Positions 42,570-56,573 of a stretch of DNA of 64,000 nt are shown here, piece by piece. Each line of letters opens with the position of its first letter. Positions within the stretch are counted from its first letter, which is position 1. The notes under the pieces were generated by a model. The model was not told the origin of the DNA. It searched no databases and saw nothing but the letters and a program-made list of their open reading frames with translations. Where the stretch lies: the NCBI GenBank assembly GCA_012295275.1, contig CM022676.1:5890001-5954000 (forward strand), in the 5' to 3' direction. The position numbers and the translations under genes were made by a program. The DNA comes from Chrysomallon squamiferum. Its lineage: Eukaryota > Animalia > Mollusca.

Positions 42570-43640
42570 AACGGTATACTGCTTTCTACACAAATTGTTT
42601 CGTGTCTGACCTTCTATAAGCCTCAAATGATTATAACTTCCAAGTAAGTCCTGTTACGTAACTTTGTGGTTTTAACACTGTTTAGACAAACAGTTACTAG
42701 ATAATTCCTCTATTTGGATATTTAATTGAAATTACACTACTTTCTGTACAAAGTGCTTTTTTATTTAACCTTTAAGGATAAAATGATTAACTTCTAGTGG
42801 GTTTTATTGTGTATCTTTGTGTGGGAAGATTGTTTAAACAAATATTTCTAGAAAATTCCTCTATTTGTATGTTTGATTAAAATTTGTACTATTTTCTACA
42901 CAACTTGTTTTGTATTTAAACATCTATCAGCATCAAATGATTGACTTTTAGTAAGACTTATTTTGTAAGTTTAGTAGGATAATACTACTTGCACAAACAT
43001 TTCCAGAAAATTCCTCTAACTGTATACTTCATTAAAATTATACTATTTTCTAAGCAAAATGTTCTGCTTTTAATATTTTATAACCCTCAAATGATTAACT
43101 AAGAGATATTAGTTGTGTAACTTTGTAGGGTAAGACTGTTGAAACAATTATTACCAGAACTTTTCTCTATAATTTAAATTATACTATTTATATATGCAGA
43201 TTGTTTTGTATTTATTTCCCCCCTCTCTTTCTCAAAAACAACAGTTTCAAAATAAATACACATTTACAAACACACTTTCATAAACAAATATAATTAATTA
43301 TAACCTAAGCACTCAGTTAAAAAAAAAAAATGCTACTTTCTATACTGACATAATTAATTACATTCTAGAAAAACTCAAACCCCAAAAGAGTCTGAAGTTA
43401 CAAAATAATTTAAATATCAGTTTAAAAATGTATTGCTTCCTACACAAATATGATTGCTTATAATCTAATTTTTTTTTTTTTTTTTTTTTTTAAATACAAA
43501 AATGCTATTTTCTACATGACCATTATTAATTGCATTTTAAAAGTCAGATCCCCAAAGACTAGATTTTATCAAAATGATTGGAATACCGACTTAACAAATG
43601 TGAAAAATTATGACGTAAATACTACTTTCTGTACAGTTTT
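42570..43640 (+). repeat. Degenerate ~150-bp tandem array
   Basis: tact(a/g)(c/t)tttct at ~42577, 42736, 42887, 43041; aaatgatt and aattcctcta recur with the same period. Confidence 0.8.
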
Positions 43641-44394
43641 AATTAATAACATTTTTAAAAAAAACGGACCTCAAGGGAACACTATATATCCAGACCAGAC
43701 CACTGCATTAAAAATCTTTCCTCCTATTTATTTATTTTAATCTTCTTCGCTTTCCTTTCTGTTTAAAAAAGAAATTTATTTTATTGTTTTGTGGTCCTTC
43801 TGTGGACTCTAATGGTTCTGGGATTGCCTGTTTGGATATATCTGTTTTGTTTCAGATGGCAATCTGACATTCTGGCATGGGTAATACTTTCTTGACAAAT
43901 TTGGTTTATTGTTGTGTTTTGTTTTTGTATCTTTTTATTTTTTTTATTTTTTTTTTTTTCTCTTATCTTTTCATAACTTCTTATAGGATTAGAGAAAAAG
44001 ATGAATGTCTTTTGGTTGTTTATTTTTATCTTATTTTATTTTATTTTATTAAAAAAAAAAAATTCATTTTTTCAATTTTTTAAAATTTATTTCATTTTAA
44101 TTTTTAAAATTTAATTTAATTCAATTTTAATTTAATTTATTTATTTAGTTAGTTATTTTAATTATTTGTTATTTTATTTTATTTATTTAGTTAGTTATTT
44201 TAATTATTTGTTATTTTATTTTATTTATTTAGTTAGTTATTTTAATTATTTGTTATTTTTATTTTATTTTATTCTATTTATTTATTTTTTTATTTTGTCT
44301 TGTTTGTTTTTATTTGTTTTTATTTATGAAACTGAGGGATTATTATTTGTATTTTTTGTTTTTTTAATTTAAAAAAATTTGGTTAGAATTTACA

Positions 44395-44841
44395 AAGGTA
44401 CAGCTAATTCATCCTTACCTTTCATATCTGTGTCCCAGATAAATACCTATAAATACAGGTAAAACAATTATATCTACCTATACTGTTATTATTATTTTTT
44501 TAATACAGGTAAAATATATTAGTCTATGCTTTCTATCTATTCAGGTAAATAAATATCTGTGTTAAAGTTTATCAGTATAAATTTAAAATCCACACCTTTC
44601 TCTCTACCTGTTCAGGTAAGTTTCTACAAGTAAACCTCTTAATGACTTTTTATTTACCTGTCCAGGAATGCCTGTGTTAACATAATCTAAGGTCTGTCAG
44701 AATAAAGACATTGTCCACACCTTTCTATCTACCTGCTCAGGTACATTTCAGAGTAATACAGATAAAGCTTGACATTTAGTGCCTTTTTTTTATTTACCTG
44801 TATAGGTAAATGTTTGTGTTAAAATGTGAAAGTAAATAGTG

Positions 44842-44919
<78 letters not shown>

Positions 44920-45245
44920 GTAACAGACTTCATTAACAAAGGTAAATCTTTTTAATCTGATCAGGTAGATGTCTGTTTTAGCACAGGTAATATTAGAATA
45001 AAAATTAATCTCCACCACTTACTGCTGGCTTAATATTCAGGTACATTTCTACAGGTAAATCCTGTCTGTTCATTTTCATTTTCATTTACCTGCTCAGATA
45101 AGTGGTTTATTCATTACAGGTAAAAAAAAAAAAAAATCACTCAGAAAACTTGAATATAAGTGAGAAAAAAAAAAAAAATCACATGTTTTTTTTTTCCCAA
45201 TCTAAACCATTCCTCCTCTTCCCACCTATCATACACACAGGTTTC
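44395..45245 (+). repeat. Degenerate array dense in CAGGTA/TACCTG
   Basis: About 16 CAGGTA or TACCTG in ~700 bp; cacacctttct(c/a)tctacctg(t/c)tcaggta twice. Confidence 0.85.
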
Positions 45246-45299
45246 ATTTATTTAAAACAATTATGTAACCAGATTCCAACAATAAAACCTTGTACCAAG

Positions 45300-45607
45300 T
45301 GGACAGCACCTGGGTATGACCGATTCGGCTGACCGATCAAGTGGAAACCAACGCTGACCACATGTTCCGCAATGCTCGGTCACGCGCGAACGGCGATTTC
45401 GCGCTCGGACGAGCGGTGATCAAAACGTGTATCGCGTTGTGTGTTTAGCTGTGTCAACATGTGTAATACACAGACGTATGTTACGGATATCGGAATTTCC
45501 ATTATTTTTCCACTGCGTACAATAAACGAGTGACAATGTTTTGATGGGTCTTTATAGCTTATTTAAAGGGTTTGTCACCTGCAGAAATGAAAGGATTTTC
45601 TGCGAAG
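45300..45607 (+). promoter_or_regulatory. CpG-rich promoter / candidate first exon
   Basis: Inverted E2F-like sites GCGCGAA 45384 and TTTCGCGC 45397; strong donor AAG|GTAAGG (GT 45608). Confidence 0.5.
45544..45607 (+). CDS. Possible short coding part of an alternative first exon (MGLYSLFKGFVTCRNERIFCE, phase 1; or MKGFSAK from 45587, phase 0)
   Basis: ATG-initiated frames open up to the donor at 45608; no recognisable homology. Confidence 0.2.
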
Positions 45608-46081
45608 GTAAGGAATGCTGCCCGAAGTCACTTTACCTACTACTACTTATTACCTGTGCACGCTTCAGGTGTGTCGAAGGATAAAAAGGTTAAGCAGAAA
45701 TGAACGAAAGAAGAATCGCCCAACCGTGATGGACATTAAAATAATTATTTTTAATTTCCCTGTGTGTGTGTGTGTGTGTGTGTGTTTTTAATGTACAGAA
45801 GAATTAAAGTAAAATAAAATAATAATAATAATTAAAAAAACAAAACAACACCTTTGTTTGTTATGACGACAACAAAGACACAGAGATGAAAACAGATGTC
45901 GTATGATCATCCTAGTTGCCATGACAATGGTAGAAAAGCAGACTGAATGGATTTTTGTTTTTCGTGTAGATGCGTGTGCAAGCATGCATGCAAGTGCGTG
46001 CACGCGAGTTTTCGGACAAAGAGAGAGACGATGCTGTCACGAAATGTTCGATGAGGGAATAGCTCGGCTGTGGTTCAATGT

Positions 46082-46158
<77 letters not shown>

Positions 46159-46164
46159 TCAGAT

Positions 46165-46241
<77 letters not shown>

Positions 46242-46246
46242 GAGAG

Positions 46247-46364
<118 letters not shown>

Positions 46365-47183
46365 AATACAGGAGAGAAACTTTCAGTTTATTGATCAGAA
46401 TACTGTTTTTAAATTAGTGATAATAAGAATAGAACATTAATCTGTTATTAAACACATTTTTAAAAATTTCAAACTAGCAAAATAAATGAATTTTAAATTA
46501 CTAATAACCACAGAAATAAATATTTTTTTTTTACCCAAAAAAAACAGAACATAATTTCAAATTAATAACAACCACAATAAAAAATAAATTTTTACTGAAA
46601 AACTTTGTTCATTTAAATTATTATTTTTTTTTTTTCAAAATTTACTTATAAAAAGCTCAGTCAATAAAGAATCCTGGATCACATCCACACCTTTGATTAC
46701 AAACCCATCCATCACATTGCGTCACACACACCTTGTCCCCACCCCTTTCAATCACTCCTGTCCCCCCCCTCCCACTGTCGCCAGCTGTCACTCACAACCA
46801 TAATGCAGTCTGCACTGACGATGCTATCACAGCAGCTTGCTGACAGCATCATTACAGGTCGGTTGTGTAAGCCAGCAATCAGCCTGGAGGCATTTCGAAA
46901 AAAAGGTCCACAAAAGTCTGTGAGGCATTTTCAGGTGCAAGGCTTGGTCCTGAGGCAGGTTTTGGTGGCAAATACTTTGGGGCTTCCCTTGATTGATGGC
47001 TTAAATGCTGGTGTGAATTTTCACTGCAGGCTTGTATCAATTATAATGCATTCAGGTTGTCTGGGTGATAGTTATTTATGTGTGGGATTTTTTTTTTTTT
47101 TAGGATTAATGCATGAAAAATCTGGGACAAAATGTCGCGTCAGCACATACCACAGTTTTTTTTTTTTTTTTTTTTGGTGTAAA

Positions 47184-48067
47184 AGTTTCGTTGAGGTCGG
47201 AGTGTGAAATAGTTTGACGTTTTTTTTTTTTTACTTGAATTTTAAATAGTTTTGTGAGATTTCAAAAATGATGTAATAGAGAGATGTTTAAGTATATATG
47301 GTTTTCTCTGCCTTTCTTGGTACTGTCTAGAATGGGAAATTATATTTATAAATATACGTACGTTTGAGACAATAGTAGAGTAACATAGCTCTTGATTATA
47401 ACATTTACTCCTATCAGACTTTCTCTTTAATATTTATTACATTTGCAGATAATAGTATCAGATTGTCTTTTACTACTATATTTTTCTATATTTAGTGTCA
47501 AACATTTTCTTTAATACTGTTGCATTTTCTATTTATAGTATGAGATCATTTCTATAACACTCTCCATTATATTTATTTTTATTACTTCCAGATGCTGTAA
47601 CATAGTTACATTCTCTACTCTCTCTCTCTCTCTGTAACAATTGTCACCACTGCCAGACTGTTACAGTATGTTACATTCATGTTACAACACTGTTAGGTTT
47701 GGTTAACAGCACTGTTACTAACGATATAACGGTAACTATAAAAACAAACACTTTTAAAAATCAATGATTCATTGTTACATCCTCTTGAAGGGAAATGTTT
47801 CGCTCTTAGGTGTTCTGTTTTTATATCAAATATGACACACAGGACTTTAATTCTATCTCGTTATGTTAGATACAGCCGTCACCTGGGTAGATATCAGTTT
47901 TAATTCGCAGTCAGTGAGTTTATACAGGTTTTTAAGTATCAAAATTTATATGTGTGTGTGTGTGTGTGTGTGTGTTTTAAATACAGTAGTGATATTCAAA
48001 TGATAATAAATAATGGTTTAAATTTAGTAGTTATTTCATTACATATTGGTGTCTGCTCTCTCTCTCT

Positions 48068-48133
<66 letters not shown>

Positions 48134-48282
48134 CTACAAATATACCATTATAATAGTAGTAACAGTAGTAGTTTCATTGAGGTCGGAGTATGAAATGTTT
48201 TGTTGTTTTTATTGACTTCAATTTTAAATAGATTTTGAGAGTAAAAAATAATATAATAGAGACATATTTAAGTATATGGTTT
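47184..48282 (+). repeat. ~115-bp direct repeat pair ~1 kb apart (47184-47306, 48170-48282)
   Basis: agtttc(g/a)ttgaggtcggagt(g/a)tgaaat...aattttaaatag...tttaagtatat in both copies. Confidence 0.85.
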
Positions 48283-48459
48283 TAAGTGATAGTAATAGCA
48301 GTAATAGTATTAGCGGTAGTAGTGTTAGTACAGTAGTAGTAGTGGTAATAGTAATAGCAGTAGCAGTAGTTGCAATAGTATGAACTGTAGTAGTAATAAT
48401 AACAAAACCATGACAAAAACACCAAAAAACAAAAACCAGCTACAGAATTAAAAAAAAAA

Positions 48460-48493
<34 letters not shown>

Positions 48494-49694
48494 TTATCAG
48501 TAAAGAAAACAAAGAGAAAAAGAGTATAAAAATAGGGGGAAAAAACAAAATTAAAAAATGTCTCGTGGAGACTCAACCTGTGTAGACTCTTATCGGACAA
48601 TTATGTGTTATTCCTCTTGTCCTGCTTTCACAATTGATTTCTTGAAAGCTTTTCACGTTTTTCCTCGTCGAGTTCTCGCTGTTGAGAGGCAGGGAGGTGG
48701 TGGGGGGGGGATTTCGCCTGGATCGACTGGTTGCTGTTGTTTGAGAAACGAAGCTGGCTGGGAAAACACTGACATGGTGCCCAGTCTACTTTCGGTCACT
48801 TGTTGTTTGTTTGTTAGTTAGCTAGTTAGTGTGGTGCTCACAAATGGTGTGAGGAATTTAAGTGCTTGTATTTTTTTAAATTTTTTAAAAATTTTTTATT
48901 TTTTTTTTTTTTTAAATTTGTTTCTCTTGTGGAGTAGAGAAGAAAGATAAACACATTTTTTTAATTTTTTTTTTTTTTTTTTTTAAAGTTTGGACCGTTT
49001 TTGTGTTGTTTTGTTCAAGGATAATTATTTTAGGAAAATGCTTTTAGTTTGGTTGTTGTTGCTTCTTTTTTTTTTGTTCTTTTTTGTTTTGTTTTTTTTG
49101 TATTTGCACCTTTGAAGAGAAAAGCAATCAGTGTGTGTGTATGTACATGCTTGTGATGTCAGCGTGCATGCATGCATGCTGAAGAGGATGATGTGTGCAT
49201 GTGTGCACATTCGTGAAAAATGATCTGAATGTGCACAGCCCAATAAAAATACACAGAATTGTGAAGTAGTCACCTGAAATATGCAACACGCACGTGCTTT
49301 CTCTCTGTCTGTACTCTCATTCTCACTGTTTTTCATTCTGTGTGTGTGTCTGTGTGTGTGTGTGTCTTCCTCTCTCTCAACATACAGAAAACGCACAGTT
49401 ACTAATGTTTAATATGTGTTCAAATAAAAGATATATAAACACATACAGAAGAGGCATATACTGAAGTTTGTACAGAGAGAAGTCTGTTCTGAAGCATATA
49501 CTGAAGTTTGTACATATAGTGAAGTCTGTACAGAAGTTTGTAAATATGTAAACAAACAGTTACTACTATTATAAGGGAAAAGAAACACACACACACACAA
49601 AGATCAAACACCTAAAATATATACACACACAGACACACAACACACACACACATTCCCAGACACATAGGTCTTTTTAATACCTGTGTAATTTCAG

Positions 49695-50175
49695 TGCTGT
49701 GTTTGTATGTTTGTCTTTTAGTATGTTTGTATGACTGACATATGTTTGTATGTCTGTCTATTAGTATGTTTGTATGTCTGTCTATTAGTATGTTTGTATG
49801 TCTGTCTGTTAGTATGTTTGTATGTCTATTAGTATGTTTGTATGTCTGTCTGTTAATATGTTTGTATGTCTGTCTATTAGTATGTTTGTATGTCTGTCTG
49901 TTAATATTTTTATGTCTGTATGACGTGTATGTTTGTATGACTGTCTGTTTGTCTGTTAGTATGTTTGTATGTATTAGTATGTCTGTTAGTCTGTTTGTAT
50001 GACTGTCTGTTAGTATGTTTGTATGTCTGTCTATTTATGTTTGTATGACTGTGTTTTAGTATGTTTTTATGTCTGTCTGTTAGTATGTTTGTCTGTCAGT
50101 CCATACTGTATGTTTATGACTGTCTATTTATGACTGTCCATGTCTATTATTATGTTTGTATGTCTGGCTGTTAGT
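49695..50175 (+). repeat. Degenerate ~24-bp minisatellite
   Basis: tagtatgtttgtatgtctgtct(a/g)t repeated many times. Confidence 0.9.
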
Positions 50176-50808
50176 CCACGTATGTTAAAGTTTATCAAAC
50201 CCATGACACTGGTTGTTCTGCCGTTCTGCCTGTGTTTTCTTTTCCCGAGTAATGTTTCAGAAAAGACAGAGTAATTTGAAACATTTTATCACCTAAGTCG
50301 TCTCAACTGAATCAATTTTGCTTTCTGCAGCAGTCTCCAGATTCTGTGAGTTGTAACTGAAACCCACTTTAACAAGTCTGAAAGCAAAATAAAAGCTTGG
50401 TAATGTGGCAAAGGTTGTTTGTTTGTTTGTTTGTGTGTTTGTTTTGTTTGTTTTTGTATTTTTTTCTAATTTGATGATGTGGTCCTGAATGTTTTTGTTT
50501 GTGCTGTTGTTGTTTTTATTAGTGTGATAGTAATAGTAGTAACAGTAGTAGCAGTAGTCGTAGTAGTAGTAGTTGTAACAGTAATAGCAGTAGTAGTAAT
50601 AGTTGTAGTAGTTGTAGTAGTAGTAGTAGTAGTTGTTGTAGTAGCAACAGCAGCAGTTGTAGTAATTTTCTTGCTGTTTATATAATAATTTACTATTTTT
50701 GCATTTGTATCATCATCATCATCATTACTACTACTACTACTACTACTACTACTACCACTTCTATATTTACTATTATTTTTAATACTATCACTATATTATT
50801 ATTACAGT

Positions 50809-50874
<66 letters not shown>

Positions 50875-50967
50875 TAATCATCATCATTATCACCATAACA
50901 TTCAGATCTGTGTGTGTATGTATGAGTGTGTGTGTTTATGTGCTTGTGTGTGTGTGTGTATATATAT

Positions 50968-51015
<48 letters not shown>

Positions 51016-52343
51016 TTCTATATTACATACATATGTATGTTACATACATTAAATGCTACTAGATGTTTTCTTTCACAACAGAATCGGCCAGGTAAAGTTG
51101 TTCTGTGTTAAACGAACTAACTCGACACATCAAAAACAAAATAATATCCAAAAAAACAAAACACAAAAAAAACCTGATGCAAAACCAAACACAGATGACA
51201 AAGCAATACAATACAAACAGGCTGTGGTTAAAAATACATTGCGATTAATTTGTTAGGAAGGTTGCAGAAACAAACACATGATGAGGAAACCATTAATGAT
51301 AATAATAATAAATGATGATGATGATGATGACGATGACGATCATGGTGATACTGCTACCTCCGGTGTTATAAAAACAACTACTACTACTACTTCCAATACT
51401 GCAGCAGCTACCGTTTTTGTAATGATGATAAAGTAATAATAACAATAACAATAACAATATGATGATGATGGTAATAATAATAATAATAAGAATAATAATA
51501 TGATAATAATAATTATAATAATGATACCATTCTAACTGTAATTGCAACTATTACTATTACTATCACTACTGCCACTAGTATTACTATTACTACTATTATT
51601 ACTACTACTGCTGTTACTATTATTTCTGTTATTACTATTACTGCTGCCACTATTACTATTATTACTACTATTACTATTACTTCTGCAACTATTGTTATTA
51701 CAATTACTGTTACTACTGCTGTTATTACTATTACTGCTACTACAACTGCTATTACTGCTATTACTATTAATGTTGAAACTATACTGTAACCTTTAATAAC
51801 GATAAAAACAAGTTTTACAAAAGTTTTAACAAACTACATACAATAACAACAGCATCAGCAACGACAATAAAAACAAAAGCAAACATTTAAATTAAAAAAA
51901 CAACCCTACAACATCAAAAACTACCTTCAACCTTTTTGGGGGATCAAAAGATCTCTTTCCTAGGTAACTCCAGGTGAAAAAAAAAAAAAAAAAAAAAAAA
52001 AACATCAATGCTCACCTGCACTCAAACCATTGTATGTTAATCTTTGTGAAAAGGTATTTCACACAGGTAAGACTGTTGACACAAAAGATTACACCAAGCC
52101 AACACTTACTACTACTACAACAGTGACAATCAACTTCTCAACGTCAACAGCAGAAAGTGTTGCCCAGACAGTTAAAATAAACTGAGATTCGTTGTTAGTG
52201 TAAGGAAATAAGAATATGTAAGTTTTTGAGAAAAAACACGAAAATGTTGATAGATTTGTTGGTCTGAATAAATATGTATGCATGTAGGTATGCATTTGTG
52301 TATGTGTTATGTGTATTTACATATAAACAGATGAGAGGGAGAG

Positions 52344-52418
<75 letters not shown>

Positions 52419-52544
52419 GTTTGTAAATAATGATGCAGGCCATTACAAAGACACACACATACATACATACATACATACATGTATACATACTTGCACAGGT
52501 ATGAATGTGCATGCACATGCATTCATACAAATAAACACTGACTC

Positions 52545-52631
<87 letters not shown>

Positions 52632-52779
52632 TACACACAGAAAGAACCCAGTTATCATGTTGTTTGTACAACACATTATATAAGTCGACTAAAGATACAC
52701 TGATATAAAAAAAACTATACTCATTTCTGGATTTTGTGTCTCTTTGTTTGTATATCTCCATGTCTCTCTTTGTTTATAA

Positions 52780-53578
52780 AAAAAAAACACATACACACAC
52801 AAATTATAATGCCAAAGACATATTCACACATACTGCAACAATAAACCTTTACACACATAAATACCTGTCTCTGTATCTCTAAGACCTATAAACACCTAAA
52901 GCACCAGTCACATTCTAGCATATTAAGATCTGTGTTTCTAAATCTCGTGATATATCTATAAAACACACAAACACTTTGTCTCTAAAGCACAAACATTATT
53001 ATCTGTAGCTCTCAAGCATATACATTGTCTCTATAGGACACTAGCTCTCAAAAAAACTATGTCTTTAAAACAAAGTGTCTCTAAAACAGTGTCTTAAACT
53101 GCAAATAAGTCTGAAACAGTGTCTTTAAAGATCAAAGATCAAAGATTCACAAACAAACAGTACATCAAAACACACACACATCAAAAATACCACACAAATC
53201 AAATTTACACACACACACACACACACAAGCATCTCTGTCTGTCACAAAGATTCACACCCACACACTTACAACACATCAAATATCTACTCATTATAAAGAT
53301 ACACACACACATATCAAAGATCTACACATCTACACACATAAACACACACACAAAGACACTTCTCTCTCTATCTCAAAAGATTCATACATACATATACAGC
53401 ACATCAAATGTCTACATATTATAAAGATACACACACACACACATATCAAAGATAACACATCTACACACACAGAGTAATAAATCTACAAATCTACACACCC
53501 CCTCTCTCTTTCTCTCTCTCTATCTCTCACACACACACACACACACACACACAGAATATTAATAAACCTTCACACACT
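52780..53578 (-). repeat. Right arm of inverted repeat B, with internal ~130-bp duplication (53245-53470)
   Basis: Colinear reverse complement of 21715-22235. Confidence 0.85.
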
Positions 53579-53596
53579 CAAACACCTCTCTCTCTC

Positions 53597-53652
<56 letters not shown>

Positions 53653-53719
53653 TTTCTCTCTCACACACATGTCTGTCCATGTGGACGCTTTTCTCACAAC
53701 TGTGACTGTTTCTACAGTC

Positions 53720-53850
53720 TATCCTGATTGCCTGCCTGCCTGCCTGCACTGCACTGCATTCCAGTCCTCTCATTGGCTGGCCCTTTCATCAGAGCCAGCC
53801 AGACAAACTGGCTGTGTGTGAGCTGGTTCAGTCAGTGTGAGAGAGAGCGA
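53720..53850 (+). promoter_or_regulatory. Candidate core promoter
   Basis: NF-Y site CATTGGCT 53771-53778; Inr-like TCAGT at 53828; GA repeats just downstream. Confidence 0.45.
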
Positions 53851-54708
53851 GAGAGAAAGAGAGAGAGCCAGCACAGCTCCGTAGACAACGAAACACTGTT
53901 ATACCTCTGTGTGCGATACCAGCCGTATTTCATCTCCAGTGACAAACGGCAGTTTTTGTTTTCCGTGATTTTTCTGTTTTTGGGGCCGTTTCTCGCTTTT
54001 TTTAAACCAGTCTGTTTTGTTTTGTTTTAGTTTTTTTTTGTTATTATTATTATTCTGTTACTGGATACATTTTTGTGTTTTTTTTTTAATGATTATATTT
54101 TTTTAATTATTTTTTTTTTTATGAAATTTTTTTTTTTTTTTTTTTGGAGATTATTGAACGAAAAGTGGAAGAATTATTATTATTAATTTTTTATTTTTTT
54201 AATTTTTGTATGTGAAAAAAAAAAAAGGAAAGAAAAAGAAAAAGAAGCTATATTTGTATAATGATTAACAGTGGATTTGTGTTTGGATATATACACTTCA
54301 GTGAATGACGAATCTACTCATGGATATATATATATATGTGTGTTTGGTTTTTACTTAAAAGCTGGAGATTACACTGTACATCCACTGTACCTAGCCCTAT
54401 CGGCGATACATTACATCAGTAAACAGAAATAATCGTTAACCGTTTCATTTACGTTTACACAAAAAGAAGAAGAAGAAGGAAAGAATTTCTTGCTCTGGAA
54501 TAATAATAATAATAATAATAATAATACACTGAGATCATTTTGAATAGTCAGTTTCCCAAATTCGGATGAATTTACCAAAAGTGTTTTAGTATTTTTTAAT
54601 CTCAAGTAACTGTGATATTGTTTGTTATATTTGTGATCGCTTGTTTGGATAACTGCTCTTGGATTTACAAACGCTTGCTACGAGTTGAATATTCTGGTTC
54701 TAAGTGAG
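53830..54708 (+). other. Candidate long non-coding first exon
   Basis: Follows the Inr; ends at consensus donor GAG|GTGAGT (GT 54709); only short ATG-initiated ORFs seen. Confidence 0.45.
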
Positions 54709-55198
54709 GTGAGTGGAAACTGAAATTTTTGTTTCTTGTTCTTTTTGTTTGTTTGTTATTTATTAAATATTGTTTTACTGTTAGGAAATTGAATAATTGT
54801 TGTGTGTGTGTGTGTGAGTGTGGATGTGTGATCTGTATGTCTGTTTATATGTATTATGTGTATGTCTGTTTATATGTATTTTGTGTATGTCTGTTTATAT
54901 GTATTATGTGTGTGTGTGAGTTTATTGTGTGTTTGTGTATGTATTTGTGTGTGTGTGTGTATGATGGTGTATTCATATATATATTCAACATCTAAGGTTA
55001 TTTAATTTTTTATTAGTTTTTTTAATTATGTTTTAGATGTGGGGAATAAAAGTACATAGATATTGAGGAGTTGTGATTCAAACTAAATACTGAGGTTGAT
55101 TATATTTTATTTATTATATTTTGTTATAATGTTTTCTTTTATTGCATTTTAAAATATTAAAATATTCATTTATTCATTTATTTATTTATTCATTATTA

Positions 55199-55237
<39 letters not shown>

Positions 55238-56236
55238 TTATTATTTTACTCATTTATTTATTGATGATTATTGTTTTTATTTAGATTTTTATTTATTTAT
55301 TTTACTATCATTGAAATTAAGATTTTATAATTCTGATTGTTTTCCAAACAGCAGTTAGTAAGAGTTAGGTTATAAAATTATCAGTTTATTTGTTTGCAAC
55401 ATGTATTAATAAAAAACCCAAAGAGTTTAAAAAAAAAATAAAAAATAGATTTTGAAATGAAGACTTCATTATGTTTATTAAATATTTGACAATTATGGAA
55501 CTATAGCTAAACATTCATATTTTAATTAAATACAGTTCTAGATTTAAGTACTCAAAAAAAATTAAAAATTAAAATAATTATTTTAGAGTTAAGAAATAAA
55601 ACCATAATTTAATTCTAGATTTAAGAGATAAAAAAACCCTTTTATATAATCATTTTAGAATTAAAGAGTTGATTATTTTATATACTTTTTAAAATCCAGT
55701 TCTAAAGTTAATGAATAAGCCTCCATAGGCAGTCTGGAATTGATGAATAAAACCAAATAATAATTCCTAATATTAAGCGGGGGAAAAAAAAACATACAAC
55801 AAACAAAAAACATTACAAACATTACATACATTCCAGTGTTGAGAAGACTAAATAAAGACTTCATCATTTTATTAGGTTACCAAGTATTGTTGTAGAGTTG
55901 AGGAGAAAAGCAACTCTGTTTATTTTACAAGGCATTGTGAGTTTATTGTCTCTAAAACAGGAGAGTTCTGTTTCCCCAAGTAGACTTGCATGTAGCAAGT
56001 AAGTGATAAACTTTCACAGTCGCTGAATCATTTCGCCGTATGCTGTTGTTTTCAGTCTGTTCATTTAATGGGCTTGAAAAGAAACAGTTATTTAAATACT
56101 TAAAAATGAAAATGAAAGACTTTATAGGAATGAACATTTTTTTAAAATTATATAATCCAAAGAAAATCCTCAAAAGAAAAAAAAAGGAAAGAAATATTGG
56201 AACAAAATTTGGATTTTTTTTGTTCACTATTATGTT

Positions 56237-56313
<77 letters not shown>

Positions 56314-56508
56314 CAAAAAAAAAGAATGAAAACAAATTGGTTAAAAAAGATTTTTATTGAAATCTCAAACATTGACAGACAGTTATTAATTTTATTTCCA
56401 AAATAATTTGATTTTTTTTTTTTTGAGGGGGGGGGGGGTAACTTTTTGTGACTTGACTTGTAAACAGAAGTAAATTCGAAGAATTCATAATTTTTAATTT
56501 TTTTGTTA

Positions 56509-56573
<65 letters not shown>

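Noticed and set aside
54530-54552. bantam miRNA-like sequence TGAGATCATTTTGAA
   Set aside because: No complementary arm nearby (upstream is (AAT)n), so no pre-miRNA hairpin, and the 3' part diverges
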